Source of the DNA: a virus | Taxonomy: Duplodnaviria; Caudoviricetes | Strand: one strand, 5' to 3' | Length of the DNA stretch: 55,589 nt | Virus record (IMG/VR): IMGVR_UViG_3300021090_000026 | Coordinates: 1-55,589 of that record | Shown: in pieces, positions 53,025-55,589 of the stretch | Numbering within the stretch: position 1 is the first letter of the stretch | How the letters are laid out: every line of letters begins with the position of its first letter | The notes under the pieces: model-generated | What the model saw: the letters and a program-made list of their open reading frames with translations, nothing else | The model's database searches: none | Told to the model about the DNA's origin: nothing | Program-made: the position numbers and the translations under genes

Positions 53025-53570
53025 TTACGGGAAAAGGGGCGATGTATCAAGCACCGTCGTTTTAGCAGCAGCAGACATTTTTGCTCTGGTTTCTGCAGAA
53101 GGAGATCGTCCGGTGAGTGCTGCAGAAACTTTAGCGATAGCTTCGGGAGTTTGCCGCTTGCCCATATGAGCGGCCGACATTTTGGCTCTTGCTTGGGTGG
53201 ATGGAGCAGATGGATTGCGAACAGCAGCAGACATTTTTGCTCGAGCTTCTGGAGTGTGGACGTAGCCGCTACGACTACTTGTTCCCTCTCCTCCGAGAGT
53301 GAAGTTACAGAAGATGTCGCCGTCTCCGTACTCTGTCGTGTAAGTCCCGAAGTGGGAGATGAGTTGGATCTCGTGAGCAAGAGCTGCTTGTTCGTCGTCA
53401 GTCCTCCATACGATCTCGACGATGCAACCATAGCGAGCTGCAACTCTCCGATGTTTGCTTCCTCGATGCTTCAGGTTCCACGCACACCTACGCGATCCCT
53501 TACCGACGTTGAAGACAATTCCGTCGTCTGTGGAGTGAGTGTAAACGTAGAACACAATCAAAAATATCAA
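53025..53570 (-). CDS. GIY-YIG/NUMOD3 homing endonuclease
   Basis: 'FYVYTH..FNVGKG..E..LI..NFTLGGEG'; NUMOD3 repeats 'ARAKMSAA'; related to 2751 gene; opposite strand to neighbours. Confidence 0.8.
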   Translation of the reverse strand: MIFLIVFYVYTHSTDDGIVFNVGKGSRRCAWNLKHRGSKHRRVAARYGCIVEIVWRTDDEQAALAHEIQLISHFGTYTTEYGDGDIFCNFTLGGEGTSSRSGYVHTPEARAKMSAAVRNPSAPSTQARAKMSAAHMGKRQTPEAIAKVSAALTGRSPSAETRAKMSAAAKTTVLDTSPLFP

Positions 53571-53607
53571 ACGTCCACGAAACGTTAAACATCAATCGAG
53601 GTCTTCG

Positions 53608-53781
53608 ATGAACGAGAACAAGCCCAAGTCGACTGCCAAGCCCGACCCCACCGCGATGGAACTCTGCTTCGAAGCGTTCTCCTGGCTCGCCCGAGAGATC
53701 AAGAAGAACAGGCTCCAGGGCACGGCGATCGTCCTCCACACCCTGCCCAACCGTCTTGCTCGCCGCTCGAAGGCAGCGTGA
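53608..53781 (+). CDS. 57-aa hypothetical protein (not in ORF track)
   Basis: RBS GAGG; TGATG overlap with next gene. Confidence 0.55.
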   Translation: MNENKPKSTAKPDPTAMELCFEAFSWLAREIKKNRLQGTAIVLHTLPNRLARRSKAA

Positions 53782-54062
53782 TGAACTGCTCTATCTGCCT
53801 CGGGCCGTGCAAGGTTACATCGGCCCACCGGGTGGGTCACATCCGCCAGGCGCTCTCTCACGAGTGCGACGGTCCCATCACTCCCTTCGTCCTCATCTGC
53901 CGTGCGATGGAGGTCGCGTACAACGAGGGTCTCGGCAATGCCGAGGACTGCAGAGTCCATCCGGTGCCCGACAACGTCGCCAATGCACTCCATGAAGAGC
54001 TCTCTGCTCGAGGTTGGATCGTGCCCGATGAGGATGCGGGAATCATCGAGGTGGACTCGTGA
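53781..54062 (+). CDS. Hypothetical protein
   Basis: Coupled ORF. Confidence 0.6.
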   Translation: MNCSICLGPCKVTSAHRVGHIRQALSHECDGPITPFVLICRAMEVAYNEGLGNAEDCRVHPVPDNVANALHEELSARGWIVPDEDAGIIEVDS

Positions 54063-54271
54063 AAGAACAGAAGAAAGCGCGCCGACTCTTCGATCGCTTA
54101 ACCCGCAAGTTGCGAATCGAACTCCTGCGGTCCGGAGCCTTCAAGGCTCTCAAGCGAAAGTCGCGTCCGAGAGATGGGTCATACAAGATCACGCACATCG
54201 ATGGGATGGAGTTCTTCATCCACGTCATCGGTCGTCACGTTCTCGTCAACTTGACAGCGAAGACTGCGTGA
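54059..54271 (+). CDS. Basic hypothetical protein
   Basis: GTGA overlaps, RBS GAGGTG. Confidence 0.6.
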   Translation: MKEQKKARRLFDRLTRKLRIELLRSGAFKALKRKSRPRDGSYKITHIDGMEFFIHVIGRHVLVNLTAKTA

Positions 54272-54465
54272 AAGCTATCTCCGACAAACGACGTCCTCCT
54301 ACTGAGAGACGAAAGCGAGATTGCGACCCCAACGGGATCATGTTCTTCGCTAATTGTCTCCGTGAGATGCTCGGCTTCGAGAAACTCTACGTCGACGGAC
54401 AGAATCGTGAAATCATTCGAGCAACTCCTCGTCGTCGACGAAGCCCTAAGAAGGAAATCGCATGA
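54268..54465 (+). CDS. Small protein, tandem paralogue of 54462
   Basis: 'NGIMFFANCLREMLGFEKLY'. Confidence 0.6.
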   Translation: MKAISDKRRPPTERRKRDCDPNGIMFFANCLREMLGFEKLYVDGQNREIIRATPRRRRSPKKEIA

Positions 54466-54662
54466 GCGAGGTCAATAAACGTCCGGGAATGAATGGGCTC
54501 AACACATTCGCCAACGCTCTTCGTGAGATGCTTGGTTTCGAGAAGCTCTACCACGAGAACGGAAAAGAACGAACCACGAGCCATCGACCGGAAGGTCCAA
54601 GTTTTCAGATTCATCCCGACTTCAGCACTGGGATGACTCATAAGAGAAAACAATCGTTCTAA
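54462..54662 (+). CDS. Small protein, tandem paralogue of 54268
   Basis: 'NGLNTFANALREMLGFEKLY'. Confidence 0.6.
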   Translation: MSEVNKRPGMNGLNTFANALREMLGFEKLYHENGKERTTSHRPEGPSFQIHPDFSTGMTHKRKQSF

Positions 54663-54693
54663 ACGTTCGTTTAACCGAGCGAAGGAGAAACAC

Positions 54694-54996
54694 GTGATCA
54701 GCCAACGAACTCTCGACATGGTGGATATCGATCCCGTAACCGTTCGCAACCCTCCACCTCTTTTTCGCTACGATGCAGGCGACGGGGTCGTCCAGCCCAT
54801 CCACATCATCACAGATAATGTTCGGGAAATGTGGCCCAAAGCATCATACTCCATCAACGAAGAGGTCTTTGTGCGCCTCGAGTTGGGCGTCTACAGCAGC
54901 GGACCCATCATCCTCATTCTCCCGTCCGAACACGGCGAGACTGTTTATGTCGTCCGCCTCGGTCGCAAGCTTGTCATCCGAACCAAGGAAGCATGA
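54694..54996 (+). CDS. Hypothetical protein
   Basis: RBS AAGGAG. Confidence 0.6.
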   Translation: MISQRTLDMVDIDPVTVRNPPPLFRYDAGDGVVQPIHIITDNVREMWPKASYSINEEVFVRLELGVYSSGPIILILPSEHGETVYVVRLGRKLVIRTKEA

Positions 54997-55223
54997 TCCC
55001 GTACGATCCGACTAACATCGGTGAAGCGAGCAGGTCCATCCCGATTTGCCTTCCCGAGTTCAAGGTCGATCAGCACTTGGATCACAACGTTCCCCACGTC
55101 GTCGCTATCGATCCGTCCACTCCCGAAAAGTTGGAGATGTGGATCGTAGTCGAGGCTGACAGCCTGCTCGGTGCGGTGGTCACGGCGGCGGGCTTGCTCG
55201 CACAGATGAAGAACGAAGGTTGA
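54993..55223 (+). CDS. Hypothetical protein
   Basis: ATGA overlap, RBS AAGGA. Confidence 0.55.
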   Translation: MIPYDPTNIGEASRSIPICLPEFKVDQHLDHNVPHVVAIDPSTPEKLEMWIVVEADSLLGAVVTAAGLLAQMKNEG

Positions 55224-55224
55224 G

Positions 55225-55527
55225 ATGGCAACGTTCAAAGACTTCGAAGCCGCAGCGTCACGCTTACGGAATTTGATCTTGGTTGGACAGAAGAATGCTG
55301 CGCTCCTCGACAAGTACGGTGCGCTGCAACCATTCTTCAGTGAATGGTGTCAACACATGGATGTTGAAGAACGCCTCCTCAGACTAGGGCGTAGAAAGTT
55401 TCGCATCAGAAAAAACATCATCCAATTTCGAGGATCGATCACCGGATGTTGGTTCGAATTCGACAAGACCCGCTCCACCGGTCGTTGGTGGAAAGATGTC
55501 GAAAAAAAGGATGCACGCACCAAATAG
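55225..55527 (+). CDS. Hypothetical protein
   Basis: 100-aa coupled ORF. Confidence 0.6.
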   Translation: MATFKDFEAAASRLRNLILVGQKNAALLDKYGALQPFFSEWCQHMDVEERLLRLGRRKFRIRKNIIQFRGSITGCWFEFDKTRSTGRWWKDVEKKDARTK

Positions 55528-55589
55528 TTCAACCAATCATTTTGATATAACAAAGTTCCCGCCTTGAGGAATCAAGTGGTGTCAAATGA

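Noticed and set aside
1-55589. CRISPR array or regular repeat-spacer structure
   Set aside because: No regularly spaced direct repeats were seen; the repeats found are dispersed promoter- or operator-like motifs.
1-55589. Stop-codon reassignment suggested by the many short ORFs
   Set aside because: Long genes read through intact in the standard code. Small ORFs end in all three stop codons, often with ATGA/TAATG coupling, and each holds a complete motif unit.

Overview
This window looks like a segment of a large myovirus-type (probably jumbo) dsDNA phage genome, with no housekeeping operons, rRNA or CRISPR array. It has three blocks. (1) 1-15931 (+) is a baseplate/tail module: gp25-like and gp6/J-like wedge proteins, large Ser/Thr/Gly-rich virion proteins and a tail-fibre-like protein. 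Two free-standing homing endonucleases interrupt it, and a secreted trypsin-like protease follows it. (2) 16157-47342 (mostly -) is a dense array of small genes. It includes a sigma-70-like factor whose region-4.2 HTH appears to lie in a separate overlapping gene, a DNA methyltransferase, an unusual long-variable-arm tRNA-Gly(UCC), SGNH hydrolase, ATP-grasp ligase, HDAC-family deacetylase, Pth2, NUDIX, an HTH-less HigA-like antitoxin fragment and two kinase-like proteins. It also holds about 30 divergent SH3-like miniproteins and several genes that share an N-terminal 'MKLxxxELRxLVR' leader and an upstream TACTTA motif. (3) 47718-55527 (+) is a visibly more GC-rich, early-type block with paralogous small genes and two tRNA-derived mini-structures. 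A (A/T)TGAA(A/C)-N17-TAnAAT promoter recurs in blocks 2 and 3. All product calls come from motif recognition by eye, not from database searches, and many small-gene starts are approximate.
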